From a bacterium (GTDB lineage: Bacteria > UBA10199 > 2-02-FULL-44-16 > DYJF01), in assembly GCA_041739675.1 (NCBI GenBank), contig JBGSNL010000077.1, positions 1 to 50,859 of the forward strand: 50,859 nt of DNA, in the 5' to 3' direction. Positions 16,736 through 25,345 of this stretch are shown here, piece by piece. The translations under genes and the position numbers were made by a program. The notes beneath the pieces are model-generated. The model was not told the DNA's origin, ran no database searches, and worked only from the letters and a program-made list of their open reading frames with translations. Within the stretch, counting starts at the first letter, position 1. The number at the start of each line of letters is the position of its first letter.

Positions 16736-16764
16736 TTGACGTTTATATAGATGCCCGCTACATA
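16736..16764 (+). promoter_or_regulatory. Probable sigma70 promoter of the glyQS-ppdK operon
   Basis: TTGACG-17 nt-TACATA, 27 nt before the glyQS start. Confidence 0.5.
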
Positions 16765-16791
16765 GGGCAATCACTTGAAAAAGAGGCTTCT

Positions 16792-18102
16792 ATGGTCGAT
16801 ATGGACACATTGGTTTCCCTGTGCAAGAGGCGCGGGTTCATATTCCAGTCGAGCGAGATATACGGCGGAATCAACGGTTTTTGGGATTTTGGGCCGGTGG
16901 GCGTCGAGCTCAAAAGCAGGGTCAAAAGCTCGTGGTGGCAAAGGATGGTCAGGGCCCGCGACGACGTCGTGGGGCTCGATACCAGCATCATAGCTCACCC
17001 GCAAACGTGGGTGGCATCTGGACATGTGGCGAGCTTCAACGATCCCATGGTGGACTGCAAGGCCTGCAAGCGCCGCTTCCGCGCAGACGACATACCCAAG
17101 AGCACAAAGGGCCACCCTGAGGGCAAATGCCCTGAATGCGGCGGCGAGCTGACGGCAGCGCGCGAGTTCAACCTCATGTTCCAGACTCATGTCGGCGCGA
17201 CGACCGATTCCGCATCCCTTGCATACTTAAGACCGGAGACGTGCCAGTCCATTTTCACACAGTTCAAAACGGTTCAAATCGTATCGCGCAAAAAGGTGCC
17301 TTTCGGAATCGCGCAAATAGGTAAGGCGTTCAGAAACGAGATCACGCCCCGCAATTTTATTTTCCGCTCGCGGGAGTTCGAACAGATGGAGATGGAATTT
17401 TTCTGCAATCCGAATGAATCGTCAAAATGGTTCGAGTACTGGGTGGCCGACCGCTTTGAGTGGTTCAAATCGCTGGGCGTGAAACCAGAAAAACTTCGTT
17501 TGCGGCCGCATCACCAGGGCGAGCTTGCGCACTATGCGAAGGCATGCACCGATGTCGAATACGAAATGCCGTTCGGTTTTTCCGAGATGGAGGGAATCGC
17601 CGACCGTTCGAACTACGACCTGACCCAGCACATGAACACATCCGGAAAAGACCTCTCATATTACGATGATGCGACAAAGGAGCGGTTCACTCCGGCGGTA
17701 ATAGAAACATCGGTGGGCGTTGACCGCACCTGTCTTGCGATACTCGCCGACGCATACCGCGAAGAAGAGGTAAAGGGCGAGACGCGCGTGGTGATGGGAT
17801 TTGCGCCTCAGATCGCGCCGATTCAGGTGGCAGTTTTCCCGCTGTCCGGAAAACTTTCGGAAGCGGCGATCAAGATACACAACGAAATAAAAAAACATTT
17901 TTCGTCCGACTTCGACGACGCCGGATCGATCGGCAAGCGCTATCGCAGGCACGACGAGATCGGCACGCCCTTTTGTGTCACATATGACTTTGAAAGCGAA
18001 AAGGATCAGTCGGTGACCGTGCGCGACAGGGACACGATGGTGCAGGACAGGGTCTCGATGGATAAACTGCTCGAATACATGAATTCTAAATTTGGCAAAT
18101 AA
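16792..18102 (+). CDS. glyQS: Glycine--tRNA ligase, homodimeric (alpha2) type
   Basis: KRRGFIFQSSEIYGG, YLRPETCQ, FRNEITPRNFIFRSREFEQME and SIGKRYRRHDEIGTP motifs. Confidence 0.97.
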   Translation: MVDMDTLVSLCKRRGFIFQSSEIYGGINGFWDFGPVGVELKSRVKSSWWQRMVRARDDVVGLDTSIIAHPQTWVASGHVASFNDPMVDCKACKRRFRADDIPKSTKGHPEGKCPECGGELTAAREFNLMFQTHVGATTDSASLAYLRPETCQSIFTQFKTVQIVSRKKVPFGIAQIGKAFRNEITPRNFIFRSREFEQMEMEFFCNPNESSKWFEYWVADRFEWFKSLGVKPEKLRLRPHHQGELAHYAKACTDVEYEMPFGFSEMEGIADRSNYDLTQHMNTSGKDLSYYDDATKERFTPAVIETSVGVDRTCLAILADAYREEEVKGETRVVMGFAPQIAPIQVAVFPLSGKLSEAAIKIHNEIKKHFSSDFDDAGSIGKRYRRHDEIGTPFCVTYDFESEKDQSVTVRDRDTMVQDRVSMDKLLEYMNSKFGK

Positions 18103-18120
18103 CCATAAAGGAGGATTGAG

Positions 18121-20799
18121 GTGAGTACGAAGAAATATGTCTACACGTTCGGAGGAGGCAAGGCGGAAGGTTCAACGAAGATGCGCGAGATTTTGGGCGG
18201 CAAGGGAGCAGATCTTGCCGAGATGAGTTCGCTGGGTGTTTCGGTGCCGGCCGGATTGACAATATCCACAGAGGTCTGCACGCATTATTCCGAAACAGAG
18301 GGAAAATATCCCGATGGCCTTGAAGATCAGATGGAAAAGGGCCTTCATTATATAGAGAAGGTGATGGGCACAAAGTTCGGCGACCCGAAAAACCCGCTCC
18401 TGCTCTCGGTCCGCTCCGGAGCGCGCGTCTCCATGCCCGGCATGATGGACACGGTTTTGAACCTTGGGCTCTCGCCCCAGACGATCGACGGATTGATCAG
18501 AAAGACGCAGAACAAACGCTTCGTCTATGACAGCTACCGCCGCTTCATACAGATGTATGCAGACGTGGTGATGGGTGCGGAAAGCGAACATTTCGAAAAA
18601 ATCATCGACGAGATGAAGGAAAAGAAAGGCATCAAACTCGATGTCGAATTCACGGCAGAAGATCTGGAAGAGCTTGCGAATCTTTTCAAGGCCAGAGTGA
18701 AGCAGGATCTTGGAAAAGATTTTCCCGACGATCCCAAAGAGCAGCTCTGGGGAGCCATCGCGGCCGTGTTCAGATCATGGGACAACAAGCGCGCGATAGA
18801 ATACCGGCGCATACATAACATACCGGGCCACTGGGGCACGGCGGTGAACGTGCAGGCGATGGTGTTCGGCAACATGGGCGACGATTGCGCAACGGGCGTT
18901 GCGTTCACGCGCGATCCGGCGACCGGCGAGAGACGCTTCTTCGGAGAATTCCTGGTCAACGCGCAGGGTGAAGATGTCGTGGCCGGAATCAGAACGCCGC
19001 AGCCGATCAACATTTTGGGGAAACGCGAAAGCAATCTCCCGTCGATGGAAGAGGTCATGCCCGCATTGTACAAGGAGTTGGAGCTCGTCTATCAGAAACT
19101 TGAAAATCACTACCGCGACATGCAAGACATCGAGTTCACCATCCAGCAGGGAAAACTCTGGATGCTCCAGACCAGGCGCGGAAAAAGAACGGCTCAAGCC
19201 GCGGTGAAGATCGCGGTCGACATGGTGAACGAGGGCTTCATCACAAAAGATGAGGCGATTCTGCGAATCGAACCGCCCTCTCTCGATCAGCTGCTGCACC
19301 CGATGATCGATCCCAAGGCGCCGAGAGAAGTCATCGCAAAGGGGTTGCCCGCATCGCCGGGTGCTGCGGTCGGCAAGGTCGTTTTCACTGCGGAGGACGC
19401 GGAGGCGTGGGAAGGACGCGGCGAAAAGGTGATTCTGGTCCGCTTAGAGACCTCGCCGGACGATATAAAAGGAATGCACGTCTCAGAGGGCATTCTCACG
19501 GCGCGCGGAGGTTTGACCAGCCACGCGGCGGTCGTGGCCCGCGGCATGGGAATATGCTGCGTTGCCGGCTGCGGCGAAATACAGATCAACTCCGCATCAA
19601 AACAGTTCAGCGTGGGGCCGATAACGATCCGCGAAGGGGATTGGATCACGCTCGACGGCTCGACCGGCGAAGTGATGATGGGAAAACTTCCCACGGTCCA
19701 TCCCGAACTAACAGGTGAATTCGGCACACTCATGGGCTGGGTGGATGAGACAAGAAAGCTCCGCGTGAGAACAAACGCCGACACGCCAAACGACGCCGAG
19801 GTCGCGAGAAAATTCGGCGCCGAGGGAATAGGACTTTGCAGGACGGAGCACATGTTCTTTGAAGGTGAAAGAATAGATGCGGTCCGCGAGATGATTCTCT
19901 CCTCCGATCTGGAGGGACGCAAGAATGCGCTTCGCAAGATCCTGCCGATGCAGAAAGGCGACTTCAAGGGCATCTTCCGCGCCATGAGCGGATACCCCGT
20001 AACTATCCGCCTTCTCGATCCGCCGCTTCACGAATTCCTTCCGAATACCGAAGAAGAAGTAAGGGATCTATCCTCCAAGATTGGAGTACCCGCGGAGAAG
20101 CTCAAGGAAAAAGCACAGGAGTTACACGAGTTCAATCCGATGCTGGGCCACAGAGGATGCAGGCTGGGCATCACATATCCCGAAATCTATGCAATGCAGG
20201 TTCAGGCGATCATGGAAGCGGCATGCGAGCTAAAACGCGACGAGGGCATCAACTCCATTCCTGAAATAGAGATCCCGCTGGTCGGGCATGTGAACGAACT
20301 TCGCCAGATGCGCGCCGTCTGCGATAAAGTCTGCCACGAGGCAATCGCCAAAACTGGGCAGGATGTGAAATACACGATCGGCACCATGATCGAGCTGCCG
20401 AGGGCCGCAATCACCGCAGATGAGATCGCAAAATACGCGGACTTCTTCTCTTTCGGGACGAACGATCTGACGCAAACCACGTTCGGATTTTCGCGCGACG
20501 ACGCCGGCAAATTTTTGGTGGAATATGTTAACAAGCACCTGCTGCCCGCTGATCCTTTTGCAACGATTGACCGCGGCGGAGTGGGCGAGCTCATGAAGCT
20601 GGCGGTCGAACGCGGCCGCAAAATAAAGCCGAACCTTGAAATCGGAATCTGTGGCGAACACGGCGGCGAGGCGCAGTCTGTCATCTTCTGTCATGAGATC
20701 GGGCTCAATTACGTCTCATGTTCTCCTTACCGCGTTCCGATCGCCAGGCTGGCTGCAGCGCAGGCGGTTTTGCAGCAGAAGTCGGCGACAAAGGGGTAA
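18121..20799 (+). CDS. ppdK: Pyruvate, phosphate dikinase
   Basis: LGGKGA, SVRSGAR.SMPGMMDT, GGLTSHAAVVARG (phospho-His), GLCRTEHMF, FGTNDLTQ and GICGEHGG motifs. Confidence 0.99.
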   Translation: MSTKKYVYTFGGGKAEGSTKMREILGGKGADLAEMSSLGVSVPAGLTISTEVCTHYSETEGKYPDGLEDQMEKGLHYIEKVMGTKFGDPKNPLLLSVRSGARVSMPGMMDTVLNLGLSPQTIDGLIRKTQNKRFVYDSYRRFIQMYADVVMGAESEHFEKIIDEMKEKKGIKLDVEFTAEDLEELANLFKARVKQDLGKDFPDDPKEQLWGAIAAVFRSWDNKRAIEYRRIHNIPGHWGTAVNVQAMVFGNMGDDCATGVAFTRDPATGERRFFGEFLVNAQGEDVVAGIRTPQPINILGKRESNLPSMEEVMPALYKELELVYQKLENHYRDMQDIEFTIQQGKLWMLQTRRGKRTAQAAVKIAVDMVNEGFITKDEAILRIEPPSLDQLLHPMIDPKAPREVIAKGLPASPGAAVGKVVFTAEDAEAWEGRGEKVILVRLETSPDDIKGMHVSEGILTARGGLTSHAAVVARGMGICCVAGCGEIQINSASKQFSVGPITIREGDWITLDGSTGEVMMGKLPTVHPELTGEFGTLMGWVDETRKLRVRTNADTPNDAEVARKFGAEGIGLCRTEHMFFEGERIDAVREMILSSDLEGRKNALRKILPMQKGDFKGIFRAMSGYPVTIRLLDPPLHEFLPNTEEEVRDLSSKIGVPAEKLKEKAQELHEFNPMLGHRGCRLGITYPEIYAMQVQAIMEAACELKRDEGINSIPEIEIPLVGHVNELRQMRAVCDKVCHEAIAKTGQDVKYTIGTMIELPRAAITADEIAKYADFFSFGTNDLTQTTFGFSRDDAGKFLVEYVNKHLLPADPFATIDRGGVGELMKLAVERGRKIKPNLEIGICGEHGGEAQSVIFCHEIGLNYVSCSPYRVPIARLAAAQAVLQQKSATKG

Positions 20800-20800
20800 A

Positions 20801-21952
20801 ATGAAAAAACGATTCTTTGCATTTTTCGCCGTTGCGTCGTTGCTTCTTGCCGGATGTGCGACTAGCTCCATCTTCACCGAATTGGGCGACAACATTTCGA
20901 GTCCAAACGGCATGGTGATCGATGTGGCAACGAACCGCCTCTATCTTGTCAACTCCAACAGCAACGTCCTTTACAACTGGACTGAGGGGTCGGTTCAGAT
21001 CTACGACATTACGAACCCCTTGAGCCCGGTTCTGCTCTACACGTTGCCTACTGAGAGCTTCAGCGGTGAGGCGGTTTTGGACACAGTAAGAAAGCTCCTC
21101 TATGTCACGAACCGCTTCAGCGAACAGACAAACGTCACGCAAGACCACATCTTCGTCATAAACATCGACGAGACTTCGCCAACTTTTTTGAGTTTGAGCC
21201 AAGTGGTGACGGGCGCAAACCCTTATGGGCTCTACTGCTGTTATCCGCCCGATCGCATGTGGATCGCCGGCGAGAACAACGATGTTGAATTTTTAAACCT
21301 CGCCGATCTGACCTTGGGCAGCACGAGCCTGCTTCAGCCCCTTTCCATCGGCGGAACGCTTTCGCAGGCGTACGCCGACTTCATAAGCGTCAAGGGGAAC
21401 CAGGCGTTCCTTCCGGGAACAAACGGCGGACTGATGATCATGGATCTGGACAGCGCACCCAATCCGGCGGCCAACGCGCTCGATTACTTTGTCGATGATT
21501 TCGCGGCGCCTGGCGGCATAGCCAACGACGGCACCTACATATATCTAGTCGACGTCGAACAGGATGACGGCACGCAGTACTACCTTTATGTCCTAGATAT
21601 GTCCTCGCTTCCGCCGATTCCGGACAACACCTACACGGTGGTGGTTGACAAGGACGATCAGGGCATTGTTCTGGCTCAAATAGATGTCTGCAAGGATCCT
21701 CTGAACGTGGCGGTCTCGAGCCAATATGCCTTCGTGACGTGCAAAAACGGGGACGATGCGGGGCTTGTTTCCGTGATCGATCTGGCCACGCGCACGGTGG
21801 TGAACACCTTGACTGTCGGCAAGACACCCTTTCAGATGGAGCTCTACCAGACGGGCGGCGTGGATAAATATCTCTACATCGGCGATGTCGAATATAACAC
21901 GCTCACCATCGTAGATATTCCGACTCTCACAATTGTCGCCACGTATCCCTAG
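20801..21952 (+). CDS. Acidic YncE-like beta-propeller lipoprotein
   Basis: Start MKKRFF at 20801, 1 nt after the ppdK stop; LLAG-C lipobox; repeated P..+.+.....LYV.N....+.VID blades. Confidence 0.75.
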   Translation: MKKRFFAFFAVASLLLAGCATSSIFTELGDNISSPNGMVIDVATNRLYLVNSNSNVLYNWTEGSVQIYDITNPLSPVLLYTLPTESFSGEAVLDTVRKLLYVTNRFSEQTNVTQDHIFVINIDETSPTFLSLSQVVTGANPYGLYCCYPPDRMWIAGENNDVEFLNLADLTLGSTSLLQPLSIGGTLSQAYADFISVKGNQAFLPGTNGGLMIMDLDSAPNPAANALDYFVDDFAAPGGIANDGTYIYLVDVEQDDGTQYYLYVLDMSSLPPIPDNTYTVVVDKDDQGIVLAQIDVCKDPLNVAVSSQYAFVTCKNGDDAGLVSVIDLATRTVVNTLTVGKTPFQMELYQTGGVDKYLYIGDVEYNTLTIVDIPTLTIVATYP

Positions 21953-21961
21953 AGGTTAAAG

Positions 21962-23116
21962 ATGCTTTCTCGTGAAGAATACGAGCGCCGCGAAGCCGAA
22001 CTTCTTGCACCGTACGCGGCGAAGAGCGCCTTTAGCCGCGGGCGCGCCCACCCTGAAAAAGAGTGCTCTTTCAGAAGCGCGTTCCAGCGCGACCGCGACC
22101 GCATCATCCATTCTGAAGCCTTCCGCCGGCTCGAATACAAGACACAGGTTTTTGTGAACCATGAGGGGGATTACTACCGCACAAGACTCACGCACACGCT
22201 TGAGGTCGCGCAGATATCGCGCGGAGTGGCGCGCACGTTGCGGTTAAACGAGGATCTGGCAGAAGCGATCGCCCTTTCCCACGATCTGGGCCACACGCCT
22301 TTCGGTCACGCCGGCGAAACAACGCTCAATGAACTCATGGCGGATGAAGGCGGCTTCGAACATAATCGTCAAAGCCTTCGCGTCGTCACGCTTCTCGAGC
22401 GCCGTTACCCGGAGTGGCTGGGCCTCAATCTCTCCTATGAAGTCCGCGAAGGAATTGTCACGCACACGAGCGAGTACGACAAGCCCGACGCGCGGGGATT
22501 TGAGAGCGACGGATATCCGACGCTTGAAGCGCAGATAATTAATGTGGTCGACGAGATCGCATACATGAACCACGATCTCGATGACGGCCTTCAATCGGGA
22601 ATGCTGACATTCGAAGGGCTGAAAGACGTTCCTCTCTGGAACGAAACTTTCGAAGAGGTGAAGCGTGATTATCCCGATGCGCGCCCCAAGATACAAAAGT
22701 TCAGGGCCATCAGCCGCCTCATTCATATGCTGGTTGGTGATTTGCAGGACGAAACTAAAAAGCGTATCGAATCGAACAATATCAAAACGTTTGCCGATGT
22801 CGGAAAGCGCGGAAACAATATCGTTTCGTTTTCAGAACCGATGCACGCCCGAACGCGCGAGCTGATAAATTATCTCTTCACAAATCTCTACCGCCATTTT
22901 CGCGTGGTGCGCATGGCAGACAAGGCGCACAGGGTTCTGGTGGATCTGTTCAACGCTTACCTTGCCGACACAAAAGTTCTTCCCCCCAGCCTTCACGCCG
23001 AGATCGAGAAGAACGGCAAGGCGAAGCGCTATGTATGCGACTACATCGCCGGAATGACCGACCGCTTCGCCCTATCGGAACACAAGAAGCTATTTGATCC
23101 CGAGGAAAAGGTTTAA
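21962..23116 (+). CDS. dgt: Deoxyguanosinetriphosphate triphosphohydrolase
   Basis: FQRDRDRIIHS.AFRRL..KTQVF, RTRLTHTLEV, HDLGHTPFGHAGE and DYIAGMTD motifs. Confidence 0.95.
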   Translation: MLSREEYERREAELLAPYAAKSAFSRGRAHPEKECSFRSAFQRDRDRIIHSEAFRRLEYKTQVFVNHEGDYYRTRLTHTLEVAQISRGVARTLRLNEDLAEAIALSHDLGHTPFGHAGETTLNELMADEGGFEHNRQSLRVVTLLERRYPEWLGLNLSYEVREGIVTHTSEYDKPDARGFESDGYPTLEAQIINVVDEIAYMNHDLDDGLQSGMLTFEGLKDVPLWNETFEEVKRDYPDARPKIQKFRAISRLIHMLVGDLQDETKKRIESNNIKTFADVGKRGNNIVSFSEPMHARTRELINYLFTNLYRHFRVVRMADKAHRVLVDLFNAYLADTKVLPPSLHAEIEKNGKAKRYVCDYIAGMTDRFALSEHKKLFDPEEKV

Positions 23117-25311
23117 TACATCTGCTGCAGGATCCAGTAGGACATCATGACTTTTTTGACGTAGAGATTGGTCTCGTCGTAGGGAATCTCTTCGATGAAC
23201 TCTTCGATGTCGGGCGAATAGCCGTGGTTCACCCATCTGCCGACCGCTTCCTCTCCGGCGTTGTACGATGCTATCACCGCAACTGCATTATTCGGGAAAA
23301 GACCGTGAAGTTTTTTCAGATATTGAACCCCGTATTCGATGTTCTTCGCGGGCCGGTAAAGACTGTGCGCATCGAAGCCGTTGTCGCCGGATTGCTCAGC
23401 CATTTTCTGGGCGGTCACCGGCATCAACTGCATGAGGCCGACAGCGCCCGCAGGTGAAACGACCGCGGGCCTGAAGTTCGATTCAGCCCTCATGATGGCG
23501 TAGACGATCTTGGGGTCGAAGCTTCCCCCCACAAGTTTTTCCACGACCGGTTTGTAACTTTCGGGATACGACTGCTCCCAAACGAATCTTTGAAAACCAT
23601 CCGCATCCGGCAGTGAATGGAGAAATGAAGCGTAGCGCTGGCTCGCGAACACGTATGAAATGTTATGCGCAAAATTTTTACTAGCGAGCCACATGACGAG
23701 ATTGGCATCCGCGAATCTCTCCGATGAAACGGCTACGGAAAGCTCCCTTGCCGCCTCTTCGTGAAGCTTCAGTCTGTCGAAGACAATAGCCCGCGCAAGG
23801 TGCGGCGACGCCTGATACACGCCACGGGCGTCCGGGATTTCCTGCTTGAAATGTCCTGCCGGCCATCTGTGCGCAGGAGCTTCTGAAAAATCCCTAGTGT
23901 TTCTTACGTCGCCATCAAGGCGCCTCCTGGAAAGGACGCCGTAGTAACCGATGGGATGACTGCCAAGTATCTGCCTGTAAATGGAACGCGCCTCCTCGCG
24001 CCTCCCAGCCTTTTCAAGAGAACGCGCCTTCCAGTACGCCACGCGGTCATCCATCTTCACTTTCCCTTTTCTGGCGCCGCCTTTGAGAAGATCGTTCATG
24101 ATCCGCACCGCGGAGTCGTACTCTTTCATCTGATAATAGCTCCACGCCATGTACCAGAGCACCTTCGTCCTCATACCCGCGCTGCCCTTGAGCCTTAAGA
24201 CATTTTCAAATTCGTCTACGGCCTCTTTATAATGACCGTCGTCCAGAAGCAAAAAGGCGATCTTGGACTGTGAATCCAGAACCGTGCCCGGCATATTCGA
24301 ATATTCGTGAATGATTTTTTTTCTAAGCTCTATCGAATGTTTGTAATCGTCGACGCGCGCGTATGCTGAGGCGAGGTTGTTAAGGAGCGTCAACCTCATT
24401 TGCCCGCCTCCTTCTTTGAGCAGTTCCTCCAAAAGCGGTATCACTTCTTTGTAGCGGTGTGCACGGAACAGCGAGCGCGCAAAAAACCACTTAGTCTCGA
24501 AATCCGACCTCGACGACATGGCCTTCTCCAGATGATTCAACGCATCCGTCCACTGGGAATGGTCCATCAGAGATTGGGCGATTTCGACCTGCACGGAAGG
24601 ATCCTTGAGCCAGCGCTCGAATGACGAATTACCGAGCCTTGCCAGCTCCGCCAATTCGCTTTCGCTGACCGCATTTGAGGCCATGCGCCTTAGATGCGCA
24701 GCCGCTTCAGCCTCGTCGCCCTGGGCCATATACGATCTTGCCAGCAGAAGATTCGCATCGAACACATCGCTCGCCAAAGGGGCATTTTTTATATACTGTT
24801 CAATCAATCTTCTCGCATCTTCGAACCGCTTGAAGTTTATTTTGGCCTCGGCACCGTAACGCCTCGCCTCATTTGTCCACACACTTCCGTTTTTTTCCTC
24901 TAAGATTTTCGTGAAGAGCACATCCGCTTTCTCGTTGTCACCAAGGGCCAGCGCAGTGCGCGCGCGGTAAAACAAAATATGGTCGTCAATTACCGGTAAA
25001 TCGCCGCACTTTTTAAAAAAGGCCTCCGCCTCGCTCCATTTTCCAAGCCGGTAGTTGGCGTAACCAAAAAGAAAATCCCTTTCCTGCGGTGATAAATCGA
25101 CCGTCTCGCGACTGAGCGATTCCACGCCCTTGAGGATATTCTCGATGGTTGCGGCCGATGATGTGCCGATCAAAAGAAGCGAAGAACCGAGAGTTCCCGC
25201 CACTTCAGGCGGTTCGCCCGTCCGTCTTCCCTTTTCCTTTTTTGCCTGCGCGCTTACGCAGATGAGCATAAGAACGCAGACAATTACTATTTTCAATACG
25301 CGCATATTCAC
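23113..25311 (-). CDS. slt: Soluble lytic murein transglycosylase with TPR superhelix (Slt70-like)
   Basis: Signal peptide; TPR-like helices; AIMRAES.F, GAVGLMQLMP.TA, ASYNAG and IPYDET..YV motifs. Start may be GTG 25311 or ATG 25305. Confidence 0.9.
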   Translation of the reverse strand: MNMRVLKIVIVCVLMLICVSAQAKKEKGRRTGEPPEVAGTLGSSLLLIGTSSAATIENILKGVESLSRETVDLSPQERDFLFGYANYRLGKWSEAEAFFKKCGDLPVIDDHILFYRARTALALGDNEKADVLFTKILEEKNGSVWTNEARRYGAEAKINFKRFEDARRLIEQYIKNAPLASDVFDANLLLARSYMAQGDEAEAAAHLRRMASNAVSESELAELARLGNSSFERWLKDPSVQVEIAQSLMDHSQWTDALNHLEKAMSSRSDFETKWFFARSLFRAHRYKEVIPLLEELLKEGGGQMRLTLLNNLASAYARVDDYKHSIELRKKIIHEYSNMPGTVLDSQSKIAFLLLDDGHYKEAVDEFENVLRLKGSAGMRTKVLWYMAWSYYQMKEYDSAVRIMNDLLKGGARKGKVKMDDRVAYWKARSLEKAGRREEARSIYRQILGSHPIGYYGVLSRRRLDGDVRNTRDFSEAPAHRWPAGHFKQEIPDARGVYQASPHLARAIVFDRLKLHEEAARELSVAVSSERFADANLVMWLASKNFAHNISYVFASQRYASFLHSLPDADGFQRFVWEQSYPESYKPVVEKLVGGSFDPKIVYAIMRAESNFRPAVVSPAGAVGLMQLMPVTAQKMAEQSGDNGFDAHSLYRPAKNIEYGVQYLKKLHGLFPNNAVAVIASYNAGEEAVGRWVNHGYSPDIEEFIEEIPYDETNLYVKKVMMSYWILQQMY

Positions 25312-25314
25312 GCC

Positions 25315-25342
25315 TTCTGAATTCTGACTTCAGTATTCTGTC
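25315..25342. repeat. Four degenerate 7-nt tandem units
   Basis: TTCTGAA TTCTGAC TTCAGTA TTCTGTC fill the spacer between the Omp85-fusion gene and slt. Confidence 0.7.
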
Positions 25343-25345
25343 TTA

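Noticed and set aside
20636..20800. N-terminal extensions in the ORF track (also dapL, dapA, dapF, coaX, M49, gadB)
   Set aside because: They mostly overlap neighbouring genes or promoter regions; the downstream starts have RBSs or signal peptides, or match family N-termini.
21962..23116. dGTPase as an anti-phage nucleotide-depletion system
   Set aside because: Typical short housekeeping Dgt in a core operon, with no defence neighbours.
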